Shown here: positions 25,901 through 34,893 of the stretch, one piece after another
Layout: each line of letters opens with the position of its first letter
Numbering within the stretch: position 1 is the first letter of the stretch
Program-made: the position numbers and the translations under genes
Source of the DNA: a virus
Virus record (IMG/VR): IMGVR_UViG_3300045988_095776
Span: 1 to 64,000 of that record
Direction: 5' to 3' (one strand)
Length of the DNA: 64,000 bases
The notes under the pieces: model-generated
What the model saw: only the letters and a program-made list of their open reading frames with translations
Database searches by the model: none
What the model was told of the DNA's origin: nothing

Positions 25901-27863
25901 GTCATTGATTAAGGGCATGGACGGAAAAGATGGCAAATCCTCATACACATGGATGAAATACGCAACCAGAGCGGACGGACTTGACCTGTCAGATTCGCCT
26001 GATTATGTGCCACTTCTGGACAGCGCAGGGGCATTTGTTCTTGATTCGAACGGAAACAAGATATTCACGGCAACACAGGCAACTTACATCGGTATTGCTA
26101 CGAATAAGGATACACCGACAGAAAGTGAAGACCCGTCAGATTATATCTGGTCAAGATTCAGGGGTGTTGATGGATATGACGGAAAAGATGGTGCACAGGG
26201 CATTCCGGGAAAAGATGGAGTCGATGGAAAAACTCAGTATACACATCTTGCGTATGCGAATAGTGCTGATGGAAAGACCGATTTCTCTGTAGATGATCCA
26301 AACCGTGAGTACATCGGAATGTATGTAGACTTCGCAGAAGAAGACAGCACAAACCCCGAGGACTATGCGTGGTCACTCATCAAAGGTGCAAATGGAGCAC
26401 AAGGGGTACCCGGAACTCCGGGCAAAGATGGAAAGACGCCATACCTCCATATAGCCTATGCCAATTCCGCTGATGGAAAGACAGATTTCTCTGTAGACAA
26501 TAGCGTAGATAAACAGTACATTGGTCAATACACGGATTACACAGAAGAAGACAGCACGAACCCGGCTGATTACAGCTGGACAAAAATAAAAGGAGAGCAG
26601 GGAAATCCGGGACGCACATATTTTATCGAACTTTCTTGCAGCACTTTAAAAAGAAATCCTGATGATTTAAGTGTAACACCGTCTTCTGTGACAGCTTATG
26701 CATATTATCGAGACGGAAACGGAGAGAAAATAGCATATGCAGGAAGGTGGAGGATTCAATATTCATTAGACGGCAACAGTTGGACCAATATGGGAAGCGC
26801 CGCAGAAGCAAAATCAGTTGCAAAGGTGTTTTACTCAACAGACAAATTTAATTTTGTACAATTTGTATTGTACAGAAGCGGCGGCTATACAGAAGTTTTA
26901 GATACGCAAAGCATTTCGGTACTAACCGACGTTTCTGAATTGACGCAGGAACAGATTGTAAAAATTCTTTCAGCCGATGGCGCATGGAAAGGGTTGTATT
27001 ACGATAATGGACATTTGTACATCAGCTTCGATGCGGCATTAGGTGGAACACTGATGCTCGGTGGCAAAAACAATGGGAACGGAAAACTCAGCATATTTGA
27101 TGCCGATGGAAATGAAGTTGGACACATTGACAATACAGGTGTTAATTTCACCACGGGAACATTCTCAGGGAAACTCGAAGCCGCGTCAGGAACGTTCAAA
27201 GGAGACATCACCGGAGCATCGGGAACATTCTCAGGGAAACTCAGCTCCAAATCCGGAAGTCTTGCCGGATGGACGATTAAAGATGATTACATCGAATCAG
27301 CTGACGGTGGAATCAAAATTCGGTCAGATGGACATATCCAAATTGGTAATGTTGTGCTTAATCAGGCGTCTGATTTGAAATCGTTACAGGTCAAATACGG
27401 TATGCAGGTTCATGCGCGAAGAGGTGTGGGAGAATTCACAGATGGTTCGGGCGAATTTAAGCTAATTGGCATCGGCAGCACATCCGCGAATTATAACAAT
27501 CTCTGCATTGCAAGTAATATCGTATCAAAGGTTTCGTCATCCTCAAAAAGGTACAAAAACCACGTTCGGGACATGAGTATTGAAGAAGCCGAAAAACTTT
27601 TGGATGTTCCGGTTGTGTGGTTCAAGTACAAGGGCGGATATCTGATGCCGGGTGATCGATTCGAGGGAAAACCACTTCCGGGATTCTACGCAGAAGATGT
27701 ATACGATGCATTCCCGGAGGGCGCAATGCTCAACGAAGACGGGCAGGTAGAGGACTGGAATTACAGAACCATGATACCGGCAATGATGAAACTGATACAG
27801 AATCAGCAGGAAACTATTAACAACCTCACTGAGAGGATAGAAAAATTAGAAAAGGAGATATGA
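22950..27863 (+). CDS. tail-associated / fibre protein with collagen-like repeats and C-terminal S74-type intramolecular chaperone
   Basis: 1637 aa; G-X-Y runs; five repeats of GKT.Y.H.AYANSADGKTDFS...Y.W..IKG; C-terminus SSSKRYKNHVRDMSIEEAEKLLDVPVVWFKYK...coiled coil. Confidence 0.75.
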   Translation: MRNLSSRWKEKVKNGMDVHYLKYADITLTDGTVLNLTNADLWQNGMTFEDSVSGDSSFDIGSAIINVLTLSINNFEGQYFDYDFEGAEVICYVGLQIEDEDTSELLDSAGEQILDSTGDTIIVHKNTVIEKTRICTATVVEQPEDETVTIDLTCEDNMRKFDRNYSDSKLKYPATRGQIIRDACEVCGVALQTYHFDHDDYIVQTRPSDDALTFRQVLQWVAQIGCQWLRCDEYGRLCVKWYDTEKADAQEIDTTYSFTPQHTDVVITGIQVTEYSDSSDEEPESYMAGTQGYVLAISDNKLIRKGDGQTVASMIAEKCVGMSFRPFESECPTDVALEAGDAITIEDRNGYLYSTYLTTTTLQPGAGQNIACNAKSTAKNSSTRYSQITQVYVTARKMVKVEKTAREKALEEFGKRIDSATGVYTTVQKQADGSDIFYLHDKPTLAESKAIWKMTSEAWGVSTDGGQTWNGGMTVDGDTIVRILNAVGVNADWINAGAITVKDANGNILFQVDMDTKKVIISGDSVVIGGKTASKALSDNLQESKDYSDGKLADYANTIAESLSGLQSQIDGQIESFFYDYEPSLQNIPASQWTTTEERKKHEGDLFYWKTTGYAYRFMQDGATWKWQLIQDNDISKALATAEKAKDTADGKRRTFVVQPSPPYDIGDLWSQEGGDILTCVVSRSQGSVYVSSDWRKLNKYTDDTTANKALEAASLAKNMTLQLSNDMQTIASDADGNITTFPTVATAATVMYGTQDITDDCSFTITKSASVTGSWNDATHVYNVTGLTSDNGWVDIKATYLVNLAITKRFTISKQKQGKQGIQGVGKDGKTTYLHIRYAPVQNPTASQMTTVPDNNTVYIGTYSDFNGVPSTNPSAYTWAKFKGDQGVQGPQGEQGERGIQGLQGEKGDPGERGLQGIQGEKGEQGVPGVGIDGKTSYLHIAYANSADGKTDFSISDASGKTYIGQYTDFEVNDSTDPTKYTWSLIKGMDGKDGKSSYTWMKYATRADGLDLSDSPDYVPLLDSAGAFVLDSNGNKIFTATQATYIGIATNKDTPTESEDPSDYIWSRFRGVDGYDGKDGAQGIPGKDGVDGKTQYTHLAYANSADGKTDFSVDDPNREYIGMYVDFAEEDSTNPEDYAWSLIKGANGAQGVPGTPGKDGKTPYLHIAYANSADGKTDFSVDNSVDKQYIGQYTDYTEEDSTNPADYSWTKIKGEQGNPGRTYFIELSCSTLKRNPDDLSVTPSSVTAYAYYRDGNGEKIAYAGRWRIQYSLDGNSWTNMGSAAEAKSVAKVFYSTDKFNFVQFVLYRSGGYTEVLDTQSISVLTDVSELTQEQIVKILSADGAWKGLYYDNGHLYISFDAALGGTLMLGGKNNGNGKLSIFDADGNEVGHIDNTGVNFTTGTFSGKLEAASGTFKGDITGASGTFSGKLSSKSGSLAGWTIKDDYIESADGGIKIRSDGHIQIGNVVLNQASDLKSLQVKYGMQVHARRGVGEFTDGSGEFKLIGIGSTSANYNNLCIASNIVSKVSSSSKRYKNHVRDMSIEEAEKLLDVPVVWFKYKGGYLMPGDRFEGKPLPGFYAEDVYDAFPEGAMLNEDGQVEDWNYRTMIPAMMKLIQNQQETINNLTERIEKLEKEI
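25404..26613 (+). repeat. in-gene collagen-like G-X-Y tracts alternating with five copies of an approximately 80-aa module
   Basis: read from translation of 22950-27863. Confidence 0.8.
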
Positions 27864-28384
27864 TTATGGGACTTTGGACAGATTACACAAAAAAAGACAC
27901 ACCGGAGGATAATGACACATTGATGCTTTACGACGCGGCAGGAAAGGCGAACAAGCAGACACTTTTCAGTGGCTTTTGGAAGTGGGTGGCGAAGAAGCTG
28001 AAAGAAGCAACACTGTCGGATTTAGAGACCACGAACAAGACTATGATTGGAGCTATTAATGAATTAAATAGTAATATGACATCAAAAACATACGATGGAA
28101 AAAACTATTCTTCTCAATTTTGTCGGATGTACGTAAGTAAAAATCTAGGTATAGGAAAACCCTCAAGCATAATTGTATTTGGCTATGAAGGAATAGGAGT
28201 TGCATTCTTTGACACCATGTATTCCACGTCCAATCCTGCACCAAGTAGAGCAATTAATATATATGGAGAAATATTTAAAATAGAGGATAAAACAATTCTT
28301 GTTAATTTTAACACTGATAGAAATCGGCAGATAGTTATTATATCTCCGCAAGGTGTAGAAATAGAATTAGAACCTGTTGAGTAA
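27860..28384 (+). CDS. tail-fibre-associated protein
   Basis: 174 aa, ATGA-type overlap with the fibre gene; N-terminus DNDTLMLYDAAGKANKQTLF typical of fibre accessory proteins. Confidence 0.5.
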   Translation: MIMGLWTDYTKKDTPEDNDTLMLYDAAGKANKQTLFSGFWKWVAKKLKEATLSDLETTNKTMIGAINELNSNMTSKTYDGKNYSSQFCRMYVSKNLGIGKPSSIIVFGYEGIGVAFFDTMYSTSNPAPSRAINIYGEIFKIEDKTILVNFNTDRNRQIVIISPQGVEIELEPVE

Positions 28385-28410
28385 CTTTTTTATTCCTCTT
28401 CCCACAGTCA

Positions 28411-29187
28411 TTGAGAACGTACAAGTGCAACCTTGACGACTTCTTCCAGACGGTCAACAAACCGCTGAATCAGATAACCACCAACGATATCCGTGTGTAC
28501 CTGTTCGGGCTGTCGGCAAAAGGCAACACTAACCGGACGATTGACGGAAAGCGCCTTATCATTCACACGTTTCTGGACTGGTGCGTCAAGGAAGAGTATC
28601 TGACTAAAAATGTTTGTAGCCGAATAAATCCAATCAAGTTTAAAGCCAAACCACGTGAGCCGTTGTCTGATATCGAATTGGAATTAGTTCGCGATGCTTG
28701 CAAGGATTATCGAGAAAAAGCCCTTGTTGAACTGTTCTACAGTACCGGATGCCGTGTTTCGGAAATGGTGATTCTGAAGAAAGCTGACATTGACTTTCGG
28801 ACGAAAGAAGTTCATCTGTTCGGAAAAGGCAGTAAACACCGGATATCGTACATCAACGCCAGAGCCGAAGTTGCTCTGAAGAAATACTGGCTCAGTCGGA
28901 AAGGTGATTCTGACAGCGTGATATCCACCGGACGTCAGCCGTATCGGGGCATCACAAAGACACAAATCGAACAAATAGTCCGGCAGATTGGAGAGCGTTC
29001 CGGCATCGGTAGACACTTATATCCACATCTGATAAGGCACACAACGGCAAGCATGGCGTTTGAGCGGGGAATGAACGTCACCGACTTGCAGAAGATGCTC
29101 GGACACGAGAAACTTGACACGACTATGATTTACGCAAAAGTAGCACAGGAATCTGTACGCTACAGTCACCACAAGTATGTTTCATGA
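28411..29187 (+). pseudogene. 5'-truncated tyrosine recombinase (catalytic domain only, TTG start)
   Basis: aligns to aa ~75-331 of integrase 10556-11551; retains CRVSE, HLIRHT and GHEKLDTTMIYAKV; no upstream N-terminal coding sequence (stop at 28378). Confidence 0.6.
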
Positions 29188-29193
29188 AAGGAG

Positions 29194-30594
29194 TTGACAG
29201 AATTGGAGATTAAAGGAATTGACGTCTCTGCCTGGCAGGGACAGATCGACTGGAAGACAGTGGCAGCCTATGGAATGGACTTTGCTATCCTTCGGATCAC
29301 AGAATCCGGAAACGTAACAGACAAATATTTCGAAAGAAATTATACAGAATGCCAGAAATATAATATTCCAACAGGTGTATATAAATACTCCTATGCAATG
29401 ACCATATCAGAGATCCAGAGTGAAGCCAGGAAAGTCGTATCCGTCCTGAATGGAAGAGAACTTCAGTATCCCGTATGGTTGGATCTGGAACATCATAAAC
29501 AGAGAGTGCTTGGAGCAGAGAACATCCATAAGATGACAGAAGCATTTGAAAAGATTATTACAGCAGCGGGTTATAAGTTTGGCATCTACTGTAATGTAGA
29601 CTGGTACATGAACGTGATCTGCAGTCATCTGAAGAAATACGACTTCTGGATCGCACGCTATCCGGCAAATGATGATGGATGGATTCAGGAACGTCTCCGT
29701 CCGGACTTCGGCGTCGGCTGGCAGTACAGCTCCAAGGCCAAGATTCCTGGAATCAATGGAACTGTAGACCGAAGCGTATTCTATAAAGACTATAAGGAGG
29801 TTTCGACAGTGGACAAAAATATTGAAAAGCTGATTCTTATTGCGAAAAACGAAATTGGTTATCTTGAAAAGAAATCAAACATTCAGCTTGATGATAAGAC
29901 TGCAAATGCAGGTTCAAACAATTATACGAAGTACTGGCGGGATATAAAATCATCCTATCAGGGACAGCCTTGGTGTGCAGCATTCGTGAGCTGGTGTTTC
30001 ATGAAAGCATTCGGTTTGGACAAGGCTAAAAAACTTTTAAAGCACTGGCCTTATGTATACTGTCCGACCATGAGTGAATTATTTACACTTAATTCGTACC
30101 CCAAAATTGGAGACATTGTTATCTTTTATCATAACGGTACATTTACTCATACAGGAGTTGTTACTGCCGTGATCGGAGACAAATTTTATACCATCGAAGG
30201 AAATACCTCCGGAGCATCCGGGATCATAGCAAATGGCGGTGGTGTCTGCGCAAAGAGCTACTATAACAGCAAGCTTCCGGGAACAAAGTTCTGTACACCA
30301 GACTATTCACTCGTCACATCTTCCACAGAGACAACTAATACAGAAGGAGGCAGCTATATGTTCACACCAGAAACCGTAAAATCAGGAGACAAAAACACAT
30401 CCGTATTATTGCTTCAGGAGATTTTAAGAGCTAGAGGATTTAAGGGAAAAACCGGAAAAGCCCTGAAACTCACCTGGAAAGCAGATGCCAACACCATCTA
30501 TGCTCTCAAAGCCTACCAGGAATCCAGAAAAGAGGTTCTTGCCGTAGATGGCGTATGCGGCCCTGCGACTTGGAAAGACTTGATCGCGATTTAA
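29194..30594 (+). CDS. endolysin: GH25 muramidase + CHAP-like amidase/peptidase + PG-binding domain
   Basis: GIDVSAWQGQIDW...DLEHH (GH25); QPWCAAFVSWCF...HTGVV...EGNTS (CHAP-like); C-terminal LQEILRARGF...VDGVCGPATW (PG_binding_1-like). Confidence 0.8.
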   Translation: MTELEIKGIDVSAWQGQIDWKTVAAYGMDFAILRITESGNVTDKYFERNYTECQKYNIPTGVYKYSYAMTISEIQSEARKVVSVLNGRELQYPVWLDLEHHKQRVLGAENIHKMTEAFEKIITAAGYKFGIYCNVDWYMNVICSHLKKYDFWIARYPANDDGWIQERLRPDFGVGWQYSSKAKIPGINGTVDRSVFYKDYKEVSTVDKNIEKLILIAKNEIGYLEKKSNIQLDDKTANAGSNNYTKYWRDIKSSYQGQPWCAAFVSWCFMKAFGLDKAKKLLKHWPYVYCPTMSELFTLNSYPKIGDIVIFYHNGTFTHTGVVTAVIGDKFYTIEGNTSGASGIIANGGGVCAKSYYNSKLPGTKFCTPDYSLVTSSTETTNTEGGSYMFTPETVKSGDKNTSVLLLQEILRARGFKGKTGKALKLTWKADANTIYALKAYQESRKEVLAVDGVCGPATWKDLIAI

Positions 30595-30686
30595 ATTCAA
30601 AGTGGTACTTGATATATAACGAATAGAATGATATAATAAACATGTTCAGTGAATCCTTATTTCTTAAAAGTTTTCAATTCCTCGAA

Positions 30687-30719
30687 AAGACCGCCAGTCT
30701 CACATCGCTGGCGGTCTTT
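30687..30719. terminator. bidirectional terminator between convergent lysin and regulator genes
   Basis: aagaccgccag-N10-ctggcggtctt, perfect 11-bp stem. Confidence 0.7.
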
Positions 30720-30725
30720 GTAATA

Positions 30726-31430
30726 TCAATTTATATAATTTTCGTATTTATCCTTGATTTCGTTGTGGTTCCGGCGGCGTATCTGGACAATATCGCCAGA
30801 TTCCATGATGAAGTTCTCGTTCACGGACTGAATGTGATCCATGTTAACCAAATAACTCTGATGGCATCGCAAAAATCTTTTATCACACAATTCTTCTTCA
30901 ATATCATCAAGCTTTCCAAGTGTTACAAAGCACTGGTTATCGGTCGTGTAGATATGGCATGAACGGCCTTTACTCTCAACATATTCAATCTGTCTGTATT
31001 CCAACCGATGTAATTCTCCGTGCGTTTTGAATGTCAGAACCTCATCCCTCATATGTGACAGAATCTCGTTGATTGCGCTGTACATCCTGCCATATTCCTT
31101 GCCTTTGATGGCATATTGCACCGCACCAACATCGAATGCTTCCCGGAAATGCTCCTTGTCGGATGTCCAGAAAATGATATTTCCCTTATATCCTGCATCC
31201 CGGAGCCGGTGCGCAATTTCCAGACCATTTTCCTTTTCTAAGATCATGTCAAGGACAATTATATCAAACCACATACCGTCCTTAACATCGTCAATCAACG
31301 GGTTACCTCTGCGGTAGTCTTTGATTTCGTACCGCCAGTCGCCTTTGCGCTTCAGAAAGCCTGCGACTCTTTCTTTGAAAATCTCAATATCCAGTTCGTC
31401 ATCATCACAAATAGCTATCCTCATACGCAA
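30726..31430 (-). CDS. LytTR-family response regulator (orphan, no kinase in window)
   Basis: receiver domain (CDDDE, IVLDM, FWTSD) plus C-terminal LytTR-like FLRCHQSYLVNMDHI. Confidence 0.75.
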   Translation of the reverse strand: MRMRIAICDDDELDIEIFKERVAGFLKRKGDWRYEIKDYRRGNPLIDDVKDGMWFDIIVLDMILEKENGLEIAHRLRDAGYKGNIIFWTSDKEHFREAFDVGAVQYAIKGKEYGRMYSAINEILSHMRDEVLTFKTHGELHRLEYRQIEYVESKGRSCHIYTTDNQCFVTLGKLDDIEEELCDKRFLRCHQSYLVNMDHIQSVNENFIMESGDIVQIRRRNHNEIKDKYENYIN

Positions 31431-31675
31431 TTCCTCCTTTCAAATTCTCAATTTTGTCAAAAATTTCCGCGTTTTTGACAATACACACAATTTTCCTGTG
31501 AGTTGTGATAGTATTCTATACAACATCACAAATATATTTTAGCACGGCACTTTTATAGTGTAAAGTGTTGAGGAATGAATAAAAACTAAAAAAATCGACA
31601 AATTGATGAATACAGGGTTTCTGGAATCCCGGAATCGGGAGGATGTGTGTATAGAAACCGCCTACGGGCAAAAAG

Positions 31676-31709
31676 AAAAGGAAGGGGACGTTAATCTCCT
31701 TCCTTTTCC
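31676..31709 (-). terminator. rho-independent terminator (minus strand)
   Basis: aaaggaagg-N12-ccttccttt, followed on the minus strand by tcttttt. Confidence 0.6.
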
Positions 31710-31722
31710 TGACTTTGAATAA

Positions 31723-32898
31723 TTATTTTACAGAAACCTTTACTTTCTTTTTTGCATTTCCTGATTTTATCGTAATATAAGCAGTACCTTTCTTTAGGCC
31801 TGTGACAGTTCCATTTTTACTTACGATAGCAACTTTCTTATTAGAGGTAGAAAATGATATATTACTTTGCGAAGTAAATGGAGTTTTAGATACTTTGATT
31901 TTATAAGCCTTTCCTTTCGAAATACTGATTTTATCTTTCTTAACGGTTAAATCCGTCGTAGAAACAGATGAATTTTGCACTTTAACATTTATATTTATAG
32001 TTTTGCCACTTGCTAATTTAACTTGAATTGTGGTTTTTCCAGTGATTTTTAATGCGGCAATCTTAAATGTTCCGTTCGGCTTGACATTTGTGATTTTTAT
32101 AATCTTTTTATTTTTGACTGCGACATCAGCTAAATAATCTCCATTTGCCATTCCAACGATTTTTACTGAAGATGTTGTCTGACCCTTTTTTAGAGTAACA
32201 TTTTTGTGATTTGCTGTTCCAGTAGGAGTTAAAACATCATTTCCCTCGGCTTTTATTCTCGATCCACAGCGGGAACATTTTGTTTGCTTTACAGACGGTT
32301 CGAATACAGTTGCCTTTTGAATAAGCTTCCAGTCAGACCATTTGTGCCCTAATGCAGGACTCAATGTTTCACCACAGTCTAAGCATTTTGAAGAGCTAGT
32401 GCAAGTTGCTTTTGTGCGATTTTTGTGTTCGCATTTAAGATATATGAGCGGCGGGTCAATCCATGCGTATTTTGCATCGGTAACAACGGATTTAGAGGTT
32501 GCATCTCCGTAGTTGTAAAATCTTCCGTGATCAAAAACCTGAATGGTTCCGTCACTTAAAGAGTTTGAAGCCCTTTTGACAAGCACATTTCCTTCATAGT
32601 AATTTAAACAAATGATATCTCCATGTACGTTTACAGTTCCGTGATTCTTGAACGTCCCCAGAACATACAGATTTCCTTTAATTGTCAGTTTTCCATAAAA
32701 TGTATATTCAGCATTTCTGCCAACATACATATCCTTGTCAACTGTCTGGTAGCTATATGTTTGCATAGTTTTTCCGACTACGTAATCCCCGTCATCAGTA
32801 ACTCCAATTTGAATTGGTGAAAGATTTGCGGCAGATACTGGGATTACAGAGATTAATGATAAAACCAGTGATAATAACAATGCTTTAAATTTCTTCAT
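31723..32898 (-). CDS. secreted protein: signal peptide, beta-helix-like N-domain, Cys-rich linker, Ig-like (Big_2-like) repeats
   Basis: MKKFKALLLSLVLSLISVIPVSA signal; repeated K/T/V-rich beta modules at the C-terminus; RBS AAGGAGGAAA. Confidence 0.65.
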   Translation of the reverse strand: MKKFKALLLSLVLSLISVIPVSAANLSPIQIGVTDDGDYVVGKTMQTYSYQTVDKDMYVGRNAEYTFYGKLTIKGNLYVLGTFKNHGTVNVHGDIICLNYYEGNVLVKRASNSLSDGTIQVFDHGRFYNYGDATSKSVVTDAKYAWIDPPLIYLKCEHKNRTKATCTSSSKCLDCGETLSPALGHKWSDWKLIQKATVFEPSVKQTKCSRCGSRIKAEGNDVLTPTGTANHKNVTLKKGQTTSSVKIVGMANGDYLADVAVKNKKIIKITNVKPNGTFKIAALKITGKTTIQVKLASGKTININVKVQNSSVSTTDLTVKKDKISISKGKAYKIKVSKTPFTSQSNISFSTSNKKVAIVSKNGTVTGLKKGTAYITIKSGNAKKKVKVSVK

Positions 32899-33066
32899 AC
32901 TCGTTTCCTCCTTGTATAATTTTTACATATTATACCGCTTCTTACGAGAAAATCATAGTAGAAAATGATATTTTTTACATTTTTCCTGCCATTTATACCA
33001 AAATCCGCATTACACGGTGAAATATGCTATTATTATGTGCATCATTTAAAGGGAAGAATTGGTTTT

Positions 33067-33387
33067 ATGAGTAGAAAAAGAAGGATATTTATAGCACTTG
33101 TATTGGCGTTCTGTCAGTTATTCTGCGTACTGCATATTCCGTTCAAGGTTGTGCCGGATAGTCAGAAAGACGTACAAATTAGCAATACGGTACACCATAT
33201 GCAGTGTATGCAGAATCACCAGAACCTATACGGAGATCAAAAAGTTTACAATGCTGCATATTTTATTTGCGAGAGCATAACAATATTTGAAATCGCAAAG
33301 TTTATATTCGAGAACACAAAAGCCCATGTGTATATTTGGCAGTTGCCAAGAGGGAACATAGGTGGTATAATAGCGAAAACGAACTAA
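33067..33387 (+). CDS. hypothetical membrane-anchored protein
   Basis: start moved to ATG 33067; N-terminal hydrophobic segment; weak support. Confidence 0.3.
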   Translation: MSRKRRIFIALVLAFCQLFCVLHIPFKVVPDSQKDVQISNTVHHMQCMQNHQNLYGDQKVYNAAYFICESITIFEIAKFIFENTKAHVYIWQLPRGNIGGIIAKTN

Positions 33388-33456
33388 TGTTCGGTTCTAT
33401 TTCCCACGGCCGGACATATACTGTTGTCAGAAAACCGCTGATCGGAGGTATGCTTT

Positions 33457-33576
33457 ATGGATTATAAGAAGGAAATTATAAAAATAATAGATGAAATTGA
33501 AAGTCAAAAGATTTTACGTTATATTTATATTATCGTAGCTGATATTTACAATGATTTACGGAGGCAGGACATATGA
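33457..33576 (+). CDS. hypothetical 39-aa protein
   Basis: not in track; RBS GGAGGT; ATGA overlap with the next ORF. Confidence 0.4.
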   Translation: MDYKKEIIKIIDEIESQKILRYIYIIVADIYNDLRRQDI

Positions 33577-33764
33577 GCAAAGATTTATTATATTCCGAAG
33601 AAGAGCAAAAGAAAATAATCGCAAAAATGGAAGATCCATCAAATAAAACGGGTCTTCCACCGGCATCGCTTATATACGCATTAATCGACATGATTGGAGT
33701 TCAGACAAATATGATTCAATCATTGCAGGAATCTATTCAACGGTTGGAGGCAAAAATCCAATAG
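33573..33764 (+). CDS. hypothetical small protein
   Basis: 63 aa, RBS GGAGGCAGG; 3' end overlaps a convergent gene by 32 nt. Confidence 0.5.
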   Translation: MSKDLLYSEEEQKKIIAKMEDPSNKTGLPPASLIYALIDMIGVQTNMIQSLQESIQRLEAKIQ

Positions 33765-34134
33765 GTCTTTTTGGACGATCATTTTCTTTCGGAACTGACG
33801 TGAGTAAAAAGTTCAGCTGACTAATGTGCTGAATAAGTGTTGACATCTTTCCGTTAACATATCCTTTAAAAATCATAAGTACGGACTTCTCGTATCCGAT
33901 TTCAGTAACATGCATAGTAACTGAATGACCAAAATTGGTAAGTAGAAGTCCTACTTCATGTTCAGAGTCAAGCCCAGATTCAAAATCCTTGATATATTTG
34001 CAGAGAATCTCGAACTGAGTATCCGAATATGAATATGTCAATGGAACTGGCTCAATATTGTCAAGTTGTTCTGAAACTATTTTATTAATTGCATTGAAAT
34101 CGAAATTATTATACATAACATCTACCTCACTCAC
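33733..34134 (-). CDS. hypothetical protein co-transcribed with the repressor
   Basis: 133 aa, start overlaps the repressor stop; no motif recognised. Confidence 0.6.
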   Translation of the reverse strand: MSEVDVMYNNFDFNAINKIVSEQLDNIEPVPLTYSYSDTQFEILCKYIKDFESGLDSEHEVGLLLTNFGHSVTMHVTEIGYEKSVLMIFKGYVNGKMSTLIQHISQLNFLLTSVPKENDRPKRPIGFLPPTVE

Positions 34135-34471
34135 TTAAAAGATTAATCAATTCAATAACGTGTTTCTTTTTGGCATCGGACAGCCCGAAGTATTTCTTTA
34201 ATGCATCGGACAGTTCGGTGTCTTTTCTTATTTGCGCGATCAAATGTGCAGACTCATCGGAAAAATCTTCCTCCGGCTCTTTCCCTGTCATCAGATAATC
34301 TACAGATACATTGAAGAAATCTGCGATTTTTTGGAGTTTATCTTGTTTTGGAGTATACTTTCCCTTTTTCCAACTGGTTAATGTGGCAGTAGAAATATCA
34401 GTTCCTCTTGAAACCTGACTGGGAGTTACTTCTCTTTCTTTGCATAATCGTTCAAAGTTCTCATAATACAT
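34127..34471 (-). CDS. CI-like XRE-family repressor
   Basis: HTH_XRE (VTPSQVSRGTDISTATLTSWKKG); divergent from a cro-like gene across an operator-rich region. Confidence 0.8.
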   Translation of the reverse strand: MYYENFERLCKEREVTPSQVSRGTDISTATLTSWKKGKYTPKQDKLQKIADFFNVSVDYLMTGKEPEEDFSDESAHLIAQIRKDTELSDALKKYFGLSDAKKKHVIELINLLSE

Positions 34472-34495
34472 GGATTTTCTCCTTTGTGAAAAGAA

Positions 34496-34641
34496 CTAAG
34501 AAATCTTAATTTAATTATTGACATACTAAGAAAACTGTGCTATTCTTTAGAAGAACTAAGAAACCTTAGAAATATCGCAGTAAAAAATTAAGAAATCTAT
34601 ATAATTGTTTGTTGGTAGCTTCATTATATAAGAAATCTTAG
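34496..34641. promoter_or_regulatory. immunity-region operators: five copies of (C/T)TAAGAAAyCTTA-type half-palindromes with divergent promoters
   Basis: copies at 34496, 34526, 34556, 34588, 34628; TTGACA 34518-34523 + 17 nt + TATTCT. Confidence 0.65.
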
Positions 34642-34666
34642 TTACTGTCAAGAAAGGAGTGAGAAT

Positions 34667-34882
34667 TTGTTTAACTATATGGTTTTCGAAAAACTTTGCA
34701 AGGATGCAGGAGAAACTACTTATCAGGTTTGCAAAGATACGGGGATTAAATCTTCTACAATCGCTAATTGGAAAAAACATTCAGAAACAAATGGAAAAAA
34801 TGGATATGTTCCAAAAGCGGATAAGATTCTGTTAATCGCAAATCATTTTAATGTTCCTTTGGAAAAATTTATAGAGCCATAG
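34667..34882 (+). CDS. Cro-like XRE HTH protein (TTG start)
   Basis: AAAGGAG 8 nt before TTG 34667; TTYQVCKDTGIKSSTIANWKK HTH. Confidence 0.7.
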   Translation: MFNYMVFEKLCKDAGETTYQVCKDTGIKSSTIANWKKHSETNGKNGYVPKADKILLIANHFNVPLEKFIEP

Positions 34883-34893
34883 AAAGGAGAAGT

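Noticed and set aside
7333-28384. A third DGR variable repeat in the tail-fibre genes
   Set aside because: I saw no further copy of the conserved TR ends (ccgttgtttcccc... / ...ggtgttcgccca) while reading the fibre genes. This was a visual scan only and should be repeated computationally.
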